Source of the DNA: a virus
Direction: 5' to 3' (one strand)
IMG/VR virus record: IMGVR_UViG_3300045988_065571
Length of the DNA stretch: 64,000 nucleotides
This document shows positions 38,099 to 46,921 of the stretch, piece by piece; positions within the stretch are counted from its first letter, which is position 1, and each line of letters begins with the position of its first letter. Position numbers and translations under genes: made by a program. The notes beneath the pieces are model-generated. The model made no database searches. It was given only the letters and a program-made list of their open reading frames with translations, and was not told the origin of the DNA.

Positions 38099-38758
38099 TT
38101 AGTAATGTAAGTCTTCTTTAGCTTTCTCTTCCCAATATCTTATATCTTCTTTAAGTTCTGAGATATATCTTACCGAAGATTTAGTTCTAGGCATATCAAA
38201 AAACTCTACTAATAAAATGTTAGTGATACGAGAACCATCCTTGATTCTCTCTTTAATATAGGGAGGAGGACTAAGCAATATCTCGAAGATCAAATAAGCA
38301 TCGGGAGATAGGTTCTTCTTCATATATTTATATAACATATCAAGCATTTCTCCTTTAGCTTTCTCTTCTTCTGTATCATCTTCTAGTTCTTTATCATTAT
38401 CGAATAAATCTTCTAATTGGTAAAGATTCTGATGATATTCTGCTCCCTCTCCATAAGCAGTTCTTAATAAATGATTCTTAAAGGTACTGAGAGAAGCTAG
38501 TATCCTTGCTTTTAAATGTTCTTCTTCACAAGTACCGTAATATTTATTAAAGACAAATAACATCTTATCCCAGAAATAAGAACTTATGATATCGGGTGTA
38601 ACATTAAACCTCCTATTATCAATTTGCTTAGTAAGACGTCTGATAACTGGTTTACAGATTTTATACATCCTATCAAAAGTTTCCTTATCATAATTTTCTT
38701 GCATAGGCTTCAACCTATGTATCTCTGATCCGTTGTTGCCATTTTCTTTTATCTTCAT
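38099..38758 (-). CDS. ECF-like sigma factor candidate (sigma-70 regions 2 and 4)
   Basis: FDRMYKICKPVIRRLTKQIDNRRFNVTPDIISSYFWDKMLFVFNKYYG...LKARILASLSTFKNHLLR fits the region 2 pattern. LSPDAYLIFEILL...ILLVEFFDMPRTKSSVRYISELKEDIRYW fits a region 4 HTH. This is the only credible minus-strand gene in the window. Confidence 0.45.
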   Translation of the reverse strand: MKIKENGNNGSEIHRLKPMQENYDKETFDRMYKICKPVIRRLTKQIDNRRFNVTPDIISSYFWDKMLFVFNKYYGTCEEEHLKARILASLSTFKNHLLRTAYGEGAEYHQNLYQLEDLFDNDKELEDDTEEEKAKGEMLDMLYKYMKKNLSPDAYLIFEILLSPPPYIKERIKDGSRITNILLVEFFDMPRTKSSVRYISELKEDIRYWEEKAKEDLHY

Positions 38759-38781
38759 AAGTCTATGTTTAAAATGATATG

Positions 38782-38789
38782 CAAATATA
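38782..38789 (-). promoter_or_regulatory. Bacteroidota-type -7 promoter box (TAnnTTTG) upstream of the sigma-like gene
   Basis: The minus strand reads acTTATATTTGCATatc. The box lies 24-31 nt upstream of the ATG at 38758. Confidence 0.45.
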
Positions 38790-38801
38790 AGTATAATAAA
38801 T

Positions 38802-38809
38802 CAAATATA
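38802..38809 (-). promoter_or_regulatory. Second TAnnTTTG box on the minus strand
   Basis: The minus strand reads ttTTATATTTGATtt, 20 nt upstream of the first box. Confidence 0.3.
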
Positions 38810-38934
38810 AAATAATATATTAATAAAGTTCACCTAGAAGCTGAGGATTAGTGAGTACTAGGATGAGAGTCTATATGTACAACTCTAACCGAGACTATAG
38901 AAATCTATATGATTATACTTAATTATATTGCAAT

Positions 38935-40365
38935 ATGAAAAAAGATAATACCAAGTTTGAATTTGACACCAGCTTTCAATTAGAAATCCTAAGGTATCTC
39001 TTAAAGGATAAAGAGGGAGGTCTAATAATCAAAAAGATTAAACCAAGTTACCTAGTTCTGATTGAGCATTCTTTAATTGCCGAGGGCATATTTAAGTTCT
39101 TCAAAAAGAAAAACAAGATGCCTTCTAAGAATATCCTTAAAGAAGTTATAAAAGAATTGCTTGAATCTAAAAATTATGTTGACCTGGTTACTAAGGATGA
39201 TATACCCAATATCCATAAAATAATCGATGACCTATATTCAAATCCTCTGAATGATTCAGAATACATTCGAGAAAAGATATATCAATTCTCTACCTATGTA
39301 GAGATGAAGAACTTGAATGATTCTTTCGATTTAGATAACTTCGAACAATACGAAACTTATTCAAGGAAGATAGAAAAGATACTTCAAAATTCAAAACCTA
39401 AGAAGGATGATGAACCTATCTTCATGATAAGGGATATTACAGAAAGACAATTCAAACGTCAAGCAGAACCTTCCGTAATACCTTGTCCATTTAGACAACT
39501 TAATGATATTACCAATGCTGGAGGTTACCCAGAACATTCAGTAAATGTTATTCTCGATAAACCTAAAGCTAAGAAAACTTTCTTCATGGTAAACTTAGCA
39601 AGAGGTTATTTAAGAATGAAAAAATCGGTTTTATATGTAGATACAGAAAATGGTAAAGAACAAATCATGGACCGATTTATTCAATCCTCTATCAATAAAA
39701 CTAAGAAGGAATTATACTCTGGTGAGTATGACAAACTCGAAGCTAAACATCTTCGTAAACTTGCAAGATTTGGAGTTGAACTAGTAGTTGAAAGAGTTCC
39801 TGCCATGATTACGGATTGTAATTATATAAGGGAACTTATAATTAAGCTAAGAAACCAGGGTATCAATATTAAAGTACTGATGGTGGATTATGCAGGAAAG
39901 CTTGCTTCAATTGCCAGAGATAAAGAGGATTTCGACCGTATATCGAATGTATATATCGATATTCAGAACCTAGCAGAAGAGATGGACTTAGATATTGTAT
40001 GGACCGCTCATCATATTACCAGAGAGGGTAAGAAACATAGAACTACTAGATATGATGAGAATGATATTTCTGGTTCTATTGCAATTGTTCGTAATGCCCA
40101 CGTAATAGTTGGTCTTAATTCTACTGAACAAGAAGAAAAAGATGATATACTTCGTTGTGAATTAGTAGTACAAAGAGATGGTTTATCTAGTGGTAGAGCA
40201 TTATTCAAATGCGATGTTGAAAGGCAAAGATGTGTAGAGTTTACTAAAGAACAACGTAAACAGTACGATGAAATATATGGTGAGAAGCTCGAGGAATCTC
40301 TTAAGAAGAAAGGGAATCCAGATGCTAACGAAGATAAGTATAACAATAAAAATGGAGATATATAA
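38935..40365 (+). CDS. dnaB: DnaB-like replicative DNA helicase
   Basis: N-terminus FQLEILRYLLKDKEG resembles the DnaB N-domain. RecA-like core has a degenerate Walker A (DKPKAKKTFF), Walker B-like VLMVDYAGKL, and IVWTAHHITREGK. Confidence 0.6.
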   Translation: MKKDNTKFEFDTSFQLEILRYLLKDKEGGLIIKKIKPSYLVLIEHSLIAEGIFKFFKKKNKMPSKNILKEVIKELLESKNYVDLVTKDDIPNIHKIIDDLYSNPLNDSEYIREKIYQFSTYVEMKNLNDSFDLDNFEQYETYSRKIEKILQNSKPKKDDEPIFMIRDITERQFKRQAEPSVIPCPFRQLNDITNAGGYPEHSVNVILDKPKAKKTFFMVNLARGYLRMKKSVLYVDTENGKEQIMDRFIQSSINKTKKELYSGEYDKLEAKHLRKLARFGVELVVERVPAMITDCNYIRELIIKLRNQGINIKVLMVDYAGKLASIARDKEDFDRISNVYIDIQNLAEEMDLDIVWTAHHITREGKKHRTTRYDENDISGSIAIVRNAHVIVGLNSTEQEEKDDILRCELVVQRDGLSSGRALFKCDVERQRCVEFTKEQRKQYDEIYGEKLEESLKKKGNPDANEDKYNNKNGDI

Positions 40366-40382
40366 ACCTAAAATATGAGATT

Positions 40383-40739
40383 ATGATTAAGAGATTAGAA
40401 GGAATTCAAAAAGGTCAGAAGGTTTACTTAGTACCTTCAGATTCAAGATGTACCCCACAATATGCAGAAGTATATTCGGTGGGCCCCAAGTATATCAAGT
40501 TAACTGGAGTTAATATAAGTTTAAGGGAGTTCTTCTCTGAAGATGGAAGATCTGCTAAATGGGGAGGATGGGAACTTTTCCTTTCAAAGGAATCCTATGA
40601 AGAACATAAAGAATTACTTTCACTCAGGTCACAGGTAGTTACTTTATTTGAGCAAATGGTACTGAAATGCGAAGACCTAGATAAATTACGTAGGTTAAAG
40701 AAAAGATATGCCGAATATGATGACCCATTACCCTTTTAA
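40383..40739 (+). CDS. Hypothetical protein (118 aa)
   Basis: Dominant-strand ORF between the helicase and primase genes. Confidence 0.4.
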   Translation: MIKRLEGIQKGQKVYLVPSDSRCTPQYAEVYSVGPKYIKLTGVNISLREFFSEDGRSAKWGGWELFLSKESYEEHKELLSLRSQVVTLFEQMVLKCEDLDKLRRLKKRYAEYDDPLPF

Positions 40740-40741
40740 CC

Positions 40742-41698
40742 ATGAGTAAAATCACTAATGAATTTAAAACCAAGCTCTACAATTATTTTATTAAGAGCTT
40801 GGGCGCTTATCAATATAAACATGGTTGGATGAAATTACCCGTATGCCCATTCTGTCATAGGGAACATAAGATGGGGATTAATCTTTCTATGTACCGTACC
40901 AATTGTTTTAGATGCAATTATCATATGAATCCTGCTCAACTAGTAATGGATGTTGAAGGATTTGATACTTATGCAGAACTTTTAAAATTTCTAGATAATG
41001 GAAACTTTACAGACAAAGCTTTCTCAGAAGAGAAGGTTGAATTATCCGATGCTAAGCCCGTCTATCTTCCAGATGGGTTTAAACTCATTAATCAAGGAAC
41101 ATCACAAGTTGCAAGAAGCATTAGAAGTTACATGTCGAGCCGTGGGTTCACTATCGAAGAATTATCAAAACACGGTATCGGATATGTTGCCACTGAGGGA
41201 CCTTTTTTTGGGTACCTCATCATACCCTATTATTATAAGGGCACGCTCAGGTATTACAATGCGAGAAATGTTATTGGACAGGGCCCAAGATACAATAATC
41301 CAAATAAAGATATTACGGGACTTGGAAAGGAATTTATTATCTTCAATCAAGATGCCCTCGACATGTATAGTTCGATATTTATCTGTGAAGGAGCAATCAA
41401 TGCACTTACTATGGGAGACAGGGCTATTGCCACCATGGGTAAGGCGGTATCAAGATATCAATTGAATGGGCTAATAAAATCCCCTTGTCAACGGTATATA
41501 ATCCTGTTGGATTTTGATGCTCAAAAGTATGCTATAGATTTAGCTTTAAAACTTATACTTTATAAGAAAGTAAAAGTAGTTTTCTTTGAAGACTCTCGGG
41601 ATGTAAATGATTTAGGTAAAAAAGCAGTTCTTAGAAAAGTATATAGAACTAGATACACTACGTATCAAGAACTTATTAAACTTAAAAATTTGCTATGA
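40742..41698 (+). CDS. DNA primase (zinc finger plus TOPRIM)
   Basis: Zinc motif CPFCHREHKMG...CFRCNYH. TOPRIM motifs IFICEGAINALTMG and ILLDFDAQKYA. Confidence 0.8.
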   Translation: MSKITNEFKTKLYNYFIKSLGAYQYKHGWMKLPVCPFCHREHKMGINLSMYRTNCFRCNYHMNPAQLVMDVEGFDTYAELLKFLDNGNFTDKAFSEEKVELSDAKPVYLPDGFKLINQGTSQVARSIRSYMSSRGFTIEELSKHGIGYVATEGPFFGYLIIPYYYKGTLRYYNARNVIGQGPRYNNPNKDITGLGKEFIIFNQDALDMYSSIFICEGAINALTMGDRAIATMGKAVSRYQLNGLIKSPCQRYIILLDFDAQKYAIDLALKLILYKKVKVVFFEDSRDVNDLGKKAVLRKVYRTRYTTYQELIKLKNLL

Positions 41699-42210
41699 TG
41701 GAAGATAATGTACCTGGTTTCCCAGGGTATCATGTAACTAGGAGTGGTAATGTATATTCTAGGAGGGTAGAGAGATCTCCTAATAAATTTAGAGATTGGC
41801 ATTTATTAAAAACTACCCTAAAGAGAAATGGGAGAGTTAAAGTTGTTTTATATAGGAGTAGTAAAAGTTACACTCTAAGCCTTAGTAGATTGGTAGCTTT
41901 AATACATGTATATAACCCTAATCCCTCTATGTTTAATGAAGTAATGCACATAGATAATAATCCTTTAAATAATCATTATAAAAATCTACAATGGGGAACT
42001 CATTCCATGAATATGCAACAAATGATATTTGAACAACGCAGAAGATCTTTTAAGACTACTCAAAACCCCAATTGGCAAAAATTTAAGATATCTCTAAGAA
42101 AGAAAAGGAGATTGGATAGGTTGATAAAATTAGGGAGAAGTAGAATTTATATAGGTAAGCGGTTAAAAGTATCTCGTAAAACCATCTATAACTCACTTCA
42201 TAGAGGGTAG
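41695..42210 (+). mobile_element. HNH homing endonuclease (NUMOD4 / HNH_3-type with a C-terminal HTH)
   Basis: VPGFPGYHVTRSGNVYS (NUMOD4-like). HIDNNPLNNHYKNLQWGTHSMN (HNH_3). C-terminal IGKRLKVSRKTIYNSL is an HTH. ATGA overlap with the primase gene. Confidence 0.75.
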
Positions 42211-42274
42211 TTATCAGAAACTCCTTGGATTGAGGATTTCCTATTATAATATATATAACTTAAAATAAGAAAGT

Positions 42275-42418
42275 ATGAAACAATTATTAGAAGCTATAAG
42301 AGCCAAATATTTATGCCTTCATGATTGGGAGGTGGTAAGTAAAACTGAATACACTGATTGTTGGAAAATCTTATTAAAATGTAAGAAGTGCGGTAAACTT
42401 AGAAAGAGAATAGTATGA
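42275..42418 (+). CDS. Small Cys-containing ORF (47 aa) that is absent from the ORF track
   Basis: Hand translation gives MKQLLEAIRAKYLCLHDWEVVSKTEYTDCWKILLKCKKCGKLRKRIV. Its stop overlaps the next start (ATGA at 42415-42418). Confidence 0.4.
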   Translation: MKQLLEAIRAKYLCLHDWEVVSKTEYTDCWKILLKCKKCGKLRKRIV

Positions 42419-43236
42419 GAGACCCCTCTATTCATATAACTAAGCATCAATTCGAAAAAATACTATCTCAGTTAGAGGTATATAATTTTCCGATTGATGC
42501 TTTCTTTGTTATTGCCCGTAAGGAAGCAATAAATACTAGAGTTGTAGTTGTTACAAACAATAAGACAACTAAGAAAGTTTCTAACATTTTACTAGCATCC
42601 AAGGGAGATGCTGCTTTAGTTGCTGATATTATATATGCAACTCGTATAAAACTAAAGCATAGAGGAGTTAGAAAAATAAGAGAAACAGAACCAAGAAATT
42701 GGGCGGTATGTAAAAAGATAGCTGAGCTCTGTAATCAATTCTGTGAAGATTTTCAATTGGATACCCGGGAAGGTTTTATTAAATATATCGAACTAGGTAT
42801 CAAGAAGATGGACGGTAATTATAATAACCTCCTAAACAGATTATCTTCTATGTCAGAAAAGATTTCAGATTTATATTCTGCTACATTGGAAATGGAAGAT
42901 GATTCTGGTAATGCTAAAGCTATCCATGATTACTTCATAAAAAGGGTAGCAGATGTTACTGGTATATACGAATCATTTGTTAATCAACCAGATAAGTATA
43001 TACACTTTGTAAGGCTAGATAAATTCTTATCTGAGAAAGGGTGGGACCCAATTCAATTCATAGATGCTCAATTTGAATCCCTTGCTTGGTGTAATGGTTT
43101 ACCTGAACCCAGTCAGATGTATAATGACAAGGCTATCGAAAGGTATAATAAATACCTATTTAAACATAAGAATCATTCACAATCAGAGGAACCTAAAGTA
43201 GAGGGAAGCCTCTGGTCAAAAATTAATAAATTATGA
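42415..43236 (+). CDS. Hypothetical protein (273 aa)
   Basis: Dominant-strand ORF, overlap-coupled on both sides. No motif recognised. Confidence 0.45.
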   Translation: MRDPSIHITKHQFEKILSQLEVYNFPIDAFFVIARKEAINTRVVVVTNNKTTKKVSNILLASKGDAALVADIIYATRIKLKHRGVRKIRETEPRNWAVCKKIAELCNQFCEDFQLDTREGFIKYIELGIKKMDGNYNNLLNRLSSMSEKISDLYSATLEMEDDSGNAKAIHDYFIKRVADVTGIYESFVNQPDKYIHFVRLDKFLSEKGWDPIQFIDAQFESLAWCNGLPEPSQMYNDKAIERYNKYLFKHKNHSQSEEPKVEGSLWSKINKL

Positions 43237-43850
43237 AAGCTTTTAAAAATCGTTTAGAGGAGATGGCAGAAGCCACTGTAAATGCTTTGGATTATTCCGA
43301 TAGCAAAGTAGAATACCCCGATATTTCTATAGTTCAGAAATGGCCTAAGGAAATAATCTTGCCCTTGTATGATTTATATAAAAATACTCGGTATTCAGAA
43401 TTAACCTCAATCCTTATGTATACTCAGCATCAGGCTAGATTTGGAGAAATAGGGGAATTGATGCTGGGTATCGGATTAGTAGAAATGGTACATTATGATA
43501 AACTGGGAGACTTCTTATTAAAGGCTTCCGATGTAATGGATACGGATATACCAGGAAATAATCAGTTAACTGTACATCCCCTAATAGATCTTGGTACTTC
43601 GGCAGAATCAGCTTTAAGATTATCCCTACAAGCAGAAAAAGAAACTCTAGAGGAATATTATAAAGTATTTGATTCTCTGAATAAAGAAGAATATATAAAG
43701 AGAAGCGATTATATTCCAGTTACATATCTTATCCAGAAATTCATTGCTGATGAGGAATATCACATTACTCTTTTAAAGAAAGCTTTGAAAGAATACGAGG
43801 ATTCCGATGATGAACCCAAGAAATGTAAATCAGTAACAGTAATCATATGA
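43233..43850 (+). CDS. Ferritin-like diiron-carboxylate protein
   Basis: Two ExxH motifs (LVEMVHYDKL and DEEYHITLL), each preceded by a helix carrying a conserved Glu (RFGEIGEL; LQAEKETLEEYY). This is the four-helix-bundle metal-site pattern. Confidence 0.45.
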   Translation: MKAFKNRLEEMAEATVNALDYSDSKVEYPDISIVQKWPKEIILPLYDLYKNTRYSELTSILMYTQHQARFGEIGELMLGIGLVEMVHYDKLGDFLLKASDVMDTDIPGNNQLTVHPLIDLGTSAESALRLSLQAEKETLEEYYKVFDSLNKEEYIKRSDYIPVTYLIQKFIADEEYHITLLKKALKEYEDSDDEPKKCKSVTVII

Positions 43851-45331
43851 AAATCATAATTCGTAATTGTAACGTTGCAGAATTAGATATACCTCTAAAG
43901 TATGCAACTAAGTTATATAACGAATTTGCTATCAGACACCCCAATGCCTTTTACCTCCGTACTAGGCAACGGGGTATGCAAAACTGGGATGGCAAAATAA
44001 AGTATATAACCAAGACTGGTCAATTTAAGATAGGCTTACTTCCTTCAGTATATAAAAGATGTATTGAACTTGGAATTAAGCCTATCATAGTAGATATGAG
44101 ACAACCTTTACCTAAAGTCAGTAAAGTTGTAACTCAGATAGGTAAGTATAAATTAAGACCCGAACAAGAGAAAGCTGTCAAGGCAATCTTATCTAATAAA
44201 CTAGGTGAAACACCTTTTCAGATTGGGGTATTAGATTATACAGTAAATGCAGGTAAGACTCTGATTATGTCTGCTTTATATTTATCCTATAAGAAGCAGT
44301 TAAAGACTTTGCTTATAACTAATGACTCCGACTGGTTAAATCAAGCTAGAGATGAATTTAAGCAATATCTACCTGGAGAAGATATTACCTTCGTTCAGGG
44401 TAAAGTTTTAAACTGGAGTAATTTTACCATTGGTATGGTTCAATCTATTTCTCGGAATATGAAATATTATCAGAATGAACTTGCTAAGATTGATATGGTA
44501 TTAATCGATGAAGCTGACCAAGGAGGTAGTAAGCAATATCAGAATGTGATCACTAGGTTATTTAATACCCGAGTTAGAATCGGATTATCTGGTACCATTT
44601 ATATGAGTAAGCTTGCCAAGGATAAAGTTAAGAATATGAATTTGCGTTGTTTCTTTGGCGATGTAATAGCAGAGTTTAAACTTAAGGACTCGATTAAGAA
44701 AGGATATTCAACAAAGACAATTGTAAAAACAGTAGAAGGTAAACCTTGGTTTGGTAATTGGGAATCAGATTGTATGTCCTATAATGAAATATATGATGAT
44801 TCCATTACCCATAATAAGATTGCCTGGAATATGGCCTTAGATAGGTTGAAATGGAATCTTAATCAAGGTAGATATCCTGCTCTCGTAGTATGTAAGCATA
44901 TTGCACATTGTGAAAATCTATATAAATTCTTTAAAGAAAGACTAGATAATACCCATAATATTGCTTATGTGCATGTTAATACTCCTACTAAATTAAGACA
45001 ACAGATAATGAAGGATTTTAGGGAGGGTAAAATAGATATCCTTGTATCAACTACAATTATTGCTCGAGGTAAAAACTTTCCTAAGCTCAGGTATTTGTTG
45101 AATACTGCCAGTATGGATTCTCAAGAAAAATCAATTCAGTTCTTAGGACGATTGGTAAGAAAGGATGAATCCAAATCCAAAGTTTACCTAGATGATTTAC
45201 ATTATCCCGGGAATTATTTAAGTAGGCATGGGAATCATAGAAGAAAGTATTATCAAGATCAAGGACTTAAAGTTATCCGGTTAAGCAAGCTCTGGAATAA
45301 GTACCCTAGACATAAGCCTTTTCAAGGATAA
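43847..45331 (+). CDS. SF2 DEAD-box type DNA helicase
   Basis: Walker A NAGKT, motif II LIDEADQ, motif III LSGT, motif VI QFLGRLVRK. Confidence 0.8.
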   Translation: MKIIIRNCNVAELDIPLKYATKLYNEFAIRHPNAFYLRTRQRGMQNWDGKIKYITKTGQFKIGLLPSVYKRCIELGIKPIIVDMRQPLPKVSKVVTQIGKYKLRPEQEKAVKAILSNKLGETPFQIGVLDYTVNAGKTLIMSALYLSYKKQLKTLLITNDSDWLNQARDEFKQYLPGEDITFVQGKVLNWSNFTIGMVQSISRNMKYYQNELAKIDMVLIDEADQGGSKQYQNVITRLFNTRVRIGLSGTIYMSKLAKDKVKNMNLRCFFGDVIAEFKLKDSIKKGYSTKTIVKTVEGKPWFGNWESDCMSYNEIYDDSITHNKIAWNMALDRLKWNLNQGRYPALVVCKHIAHCENLYKFFKERLDNTHNIAYVHVNTPTKLRQQIMKDFREGKIDILVSTTIIARGKNFPKLRYLLNTASMDSQEKSIQFLGRLVRKDESKSKVYLDDLHYPGNYLSRHGNHRRKYYQDQGLKVIRLSKLWNKYPRHKPFQG

Positions 45332-45350
45332 TAATTTCTGACTATGAGTA

Positions 45351-45381
45351 TATACTTTTTCTCCGTAGGAGGAAAGGTATA
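45351..45381 (+). other. Strong RNA hairpin without a U-tract
   Basis: tatactttttctcc (45351-45364) pairs with ggaggaaaggtata (45368-45381). The stem is 14 bp including two G-U pairs, with a 3-nt loop. Confidence 0.5.
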
Positions 45382-45426
45382 TTACATGTTACGTTAAGAG
45401 GCATTAACCATTAATAATCATAAACA

Positions 45427-45771
45427 ATGAAGATTCTACAAAAAATCAAATCATTATTCAATTGTTCTGTAATACCTCCAGAACATATATTCAATGGTAT
45501 AGGAATAGAATATATATCTCCTATCAAAAAATCAAGAGATAAGCTCGATGAAGTTCGATATTATTTTATGATTCATTTTCAATCTGGGTTAACAATCACA
45601 GTTCAGATATATACTTCTGAAATAGAGGTAACTTCTGAAATAGAAGCACCACCCATTCTTCTGTCTATCAGAGAACTATTTATAAATGGTATAGGACATT
45701 CATATATTACTCTGTATCAAGATGAAATAATGGATGTTCAAATCATAAGAGATTATCATAAAGAATTTTAA
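45427..45771 (+). CDS. Hypothetical protein (114 aa) containing an 18-bp tandem duplication
   Basis: 45613-45630 and 45631-45648 (acttctgaaatagaggta / acttctgaaatagaagca) encode TSEIEV-TSEIEA. Confidence 0.4.
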   Translation: MKILQKIKSLFNCSVIPPEHIFNGIGIEYISPIKKSRDKLDEVRYYFMIHFQSGLTITVQIYTSEIEVTSEIEAPPILLSIRELFINGIGHSYITLYQDEIMDVQIIRDYHKEF

Positions 45772-45772
45772 A

Positions 45773-46165
45773 TTGGAAATTATGGCAAAGAAGAAACAAA
45801 CTTTACCTGATATCAAGAATCAGGATCCCTTAGAACCTATTAATATTGCAGAACTGGGTTCTAATTCAGACCCATGTTTTGGTATTGGTTATGACTTATC
45901 AACTAAAGAATGTAAACTATGCGGAGACTCAGAATTATGTGCATTCAAGATGTCACAGAATATGAATATCACAAGGAAAGAGCTAGAACAGAAGAATCAA
46001 TACAAGGATTTGGATGTATTAGAAGACACGGTTGGAATCAAGAAATACATCCGAGGCTTGATTCGGAAAGGGAAAGAAAGAAAAGAAGTTATTACCAAAA
46101 CCGTTGAGAAATTCGAAGTACCAAGAAAACGTATTAGAGAACTTTACAAGGAATGCAAAAAATAG
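45773..46165 (+). CDS. Hypothetical Cys-containing basic protein (130 aa)
   Basis: DPCFGIGYDLSTKECKLCGDSELC, with a Lys/Arg-rich C-terminus. Confidence 0.4.
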   Translation: MEIMAKKKQTLPDIKNQDPLEPINIAELGSNSDPCFGIGYDLSTKECKLCGDSELCAFKMSQNMNITRKELEQKNQYKDLDVLEDTVGIKKYIRGLIRKGKERKEVITKTVEKFEVPRKRIRELYKECKK

Positions 46166-46359
46166 AAATGATATGGGCTATGTTCAAGGTATACCTTAAC
46201 AACCCAAATTATTATGTGAAACAAGAGGACATACTTGCTAATGTATGCGGCAATGGAAACAGGGATGTAAGGAAGATGATGAACTCTCTTGGTATTTACA
46301 AGGGAAATCCCTCAACATTAACTTATGGCCAACTTTTAAAACAATGTAATATAATATGA
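46153..46359 (+). CDS. Hypothetical protein (68 aa)
   Basis: Overlaps both neighbouring genes on the dominant strand. Confidence 0.35.
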   Translation: MQKIEMIWAMFKVYLNNPNYYVKQEDILANVCGNGNRDVRKMMNSLGIYKGNPSTLTYGQLLKQCNII

Positions 46360-46910
46360 ACAAATTCAGATTTATCAAAGTAAGAGACGTAAAATCTCCC
46401 TCAAGAGGAAACGAAGGAGATGCAGGTTTAGATTTCTATATACCTGAAGACTTAACTCTACAGGATTTAGTAAAGGCTAATCCACAGTTAATATTTCATT
46501 GTGAAATACCTGAACCTGGTAAAGTAACACTTGAATATAATTCAAATAACCAGGTACAAGTAATTTACATTTCTCCATTTACCAGAATACTTATCCCATC
46601 GGGTATCAAAGGTTTATTAGAACCAAGGTCTTCTATGCTGATGGCAGCAAACAAATCTGGTATATCAACTAAGAAAGGGCTTATCTATACTGCCGAGATA
46701 GTAGATTCTCCCTATACTGGAGAGATTCATATCGGTATATATAATACTTCTCATGAGTTTCAAATAATAGAAGCTGGAACCAAGTTAGTACAGTTTATTC
46801 ATGTACCTATATATCTTACAGAACCAGAAGAAGTAATCAAAGAAGAGTTTGATGGAGATGCTTCAACTTGGGGAACAAGAGGTAATAACGGATTCGGATC
46901 AACCAATTAA
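46356..46910 (+). CDS. dut: Trimeric dUTPase (dUTP diphosphatase)
   Basis: All classic motifs are present: GDAGLDFYIP, PRSSM, IVDSPYTGEIHIGIYN, and C-terminal RGNNGFGSTN. Confidence 0.9.
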   Translation: MNKFRFIKVRDVKSPSRGNEGDAGLDFYIPEDLTLQDLVKANPQLIFHCEIPEPGKVTLEYNSNNQVQVIYISPFTRILIPSGIKGLLEPRSSMLMAANKSGISTKKGLIYTAEIVDSPYTGEIHIGIYNTSHEFQIIEAGTKLVQFIHVPIYLTEPEEVIKEEFDGDASTWGTRGNNGFGSTN

Positions 46911-46921
46911 TATCATAATAT

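Noticed and set aside
40998-41465. Alternative-frame + strand ORF (155 aa) inside the primase gene. Similar cases occur at 6221-6463, 15990-16208, 22934-23215, 45919-46107, 48906-49130, 55621-55878 and 60294-60485.
   Set aside because: Each is nested in a gene whose own frame carries recognisable catalytic motifs (for example, TOPRIM for the primase). They are most simply explained as chance open frames.
45613-45648. 18-bp tandem duplication (TSEIEV/TSEIEA) in a small hypothetical gene.
   Set aside because: It is real in the sequence, but it is only two in-frame copies inside a coding region. It is most likely a slippage duplication with no evident regulatory meaning.
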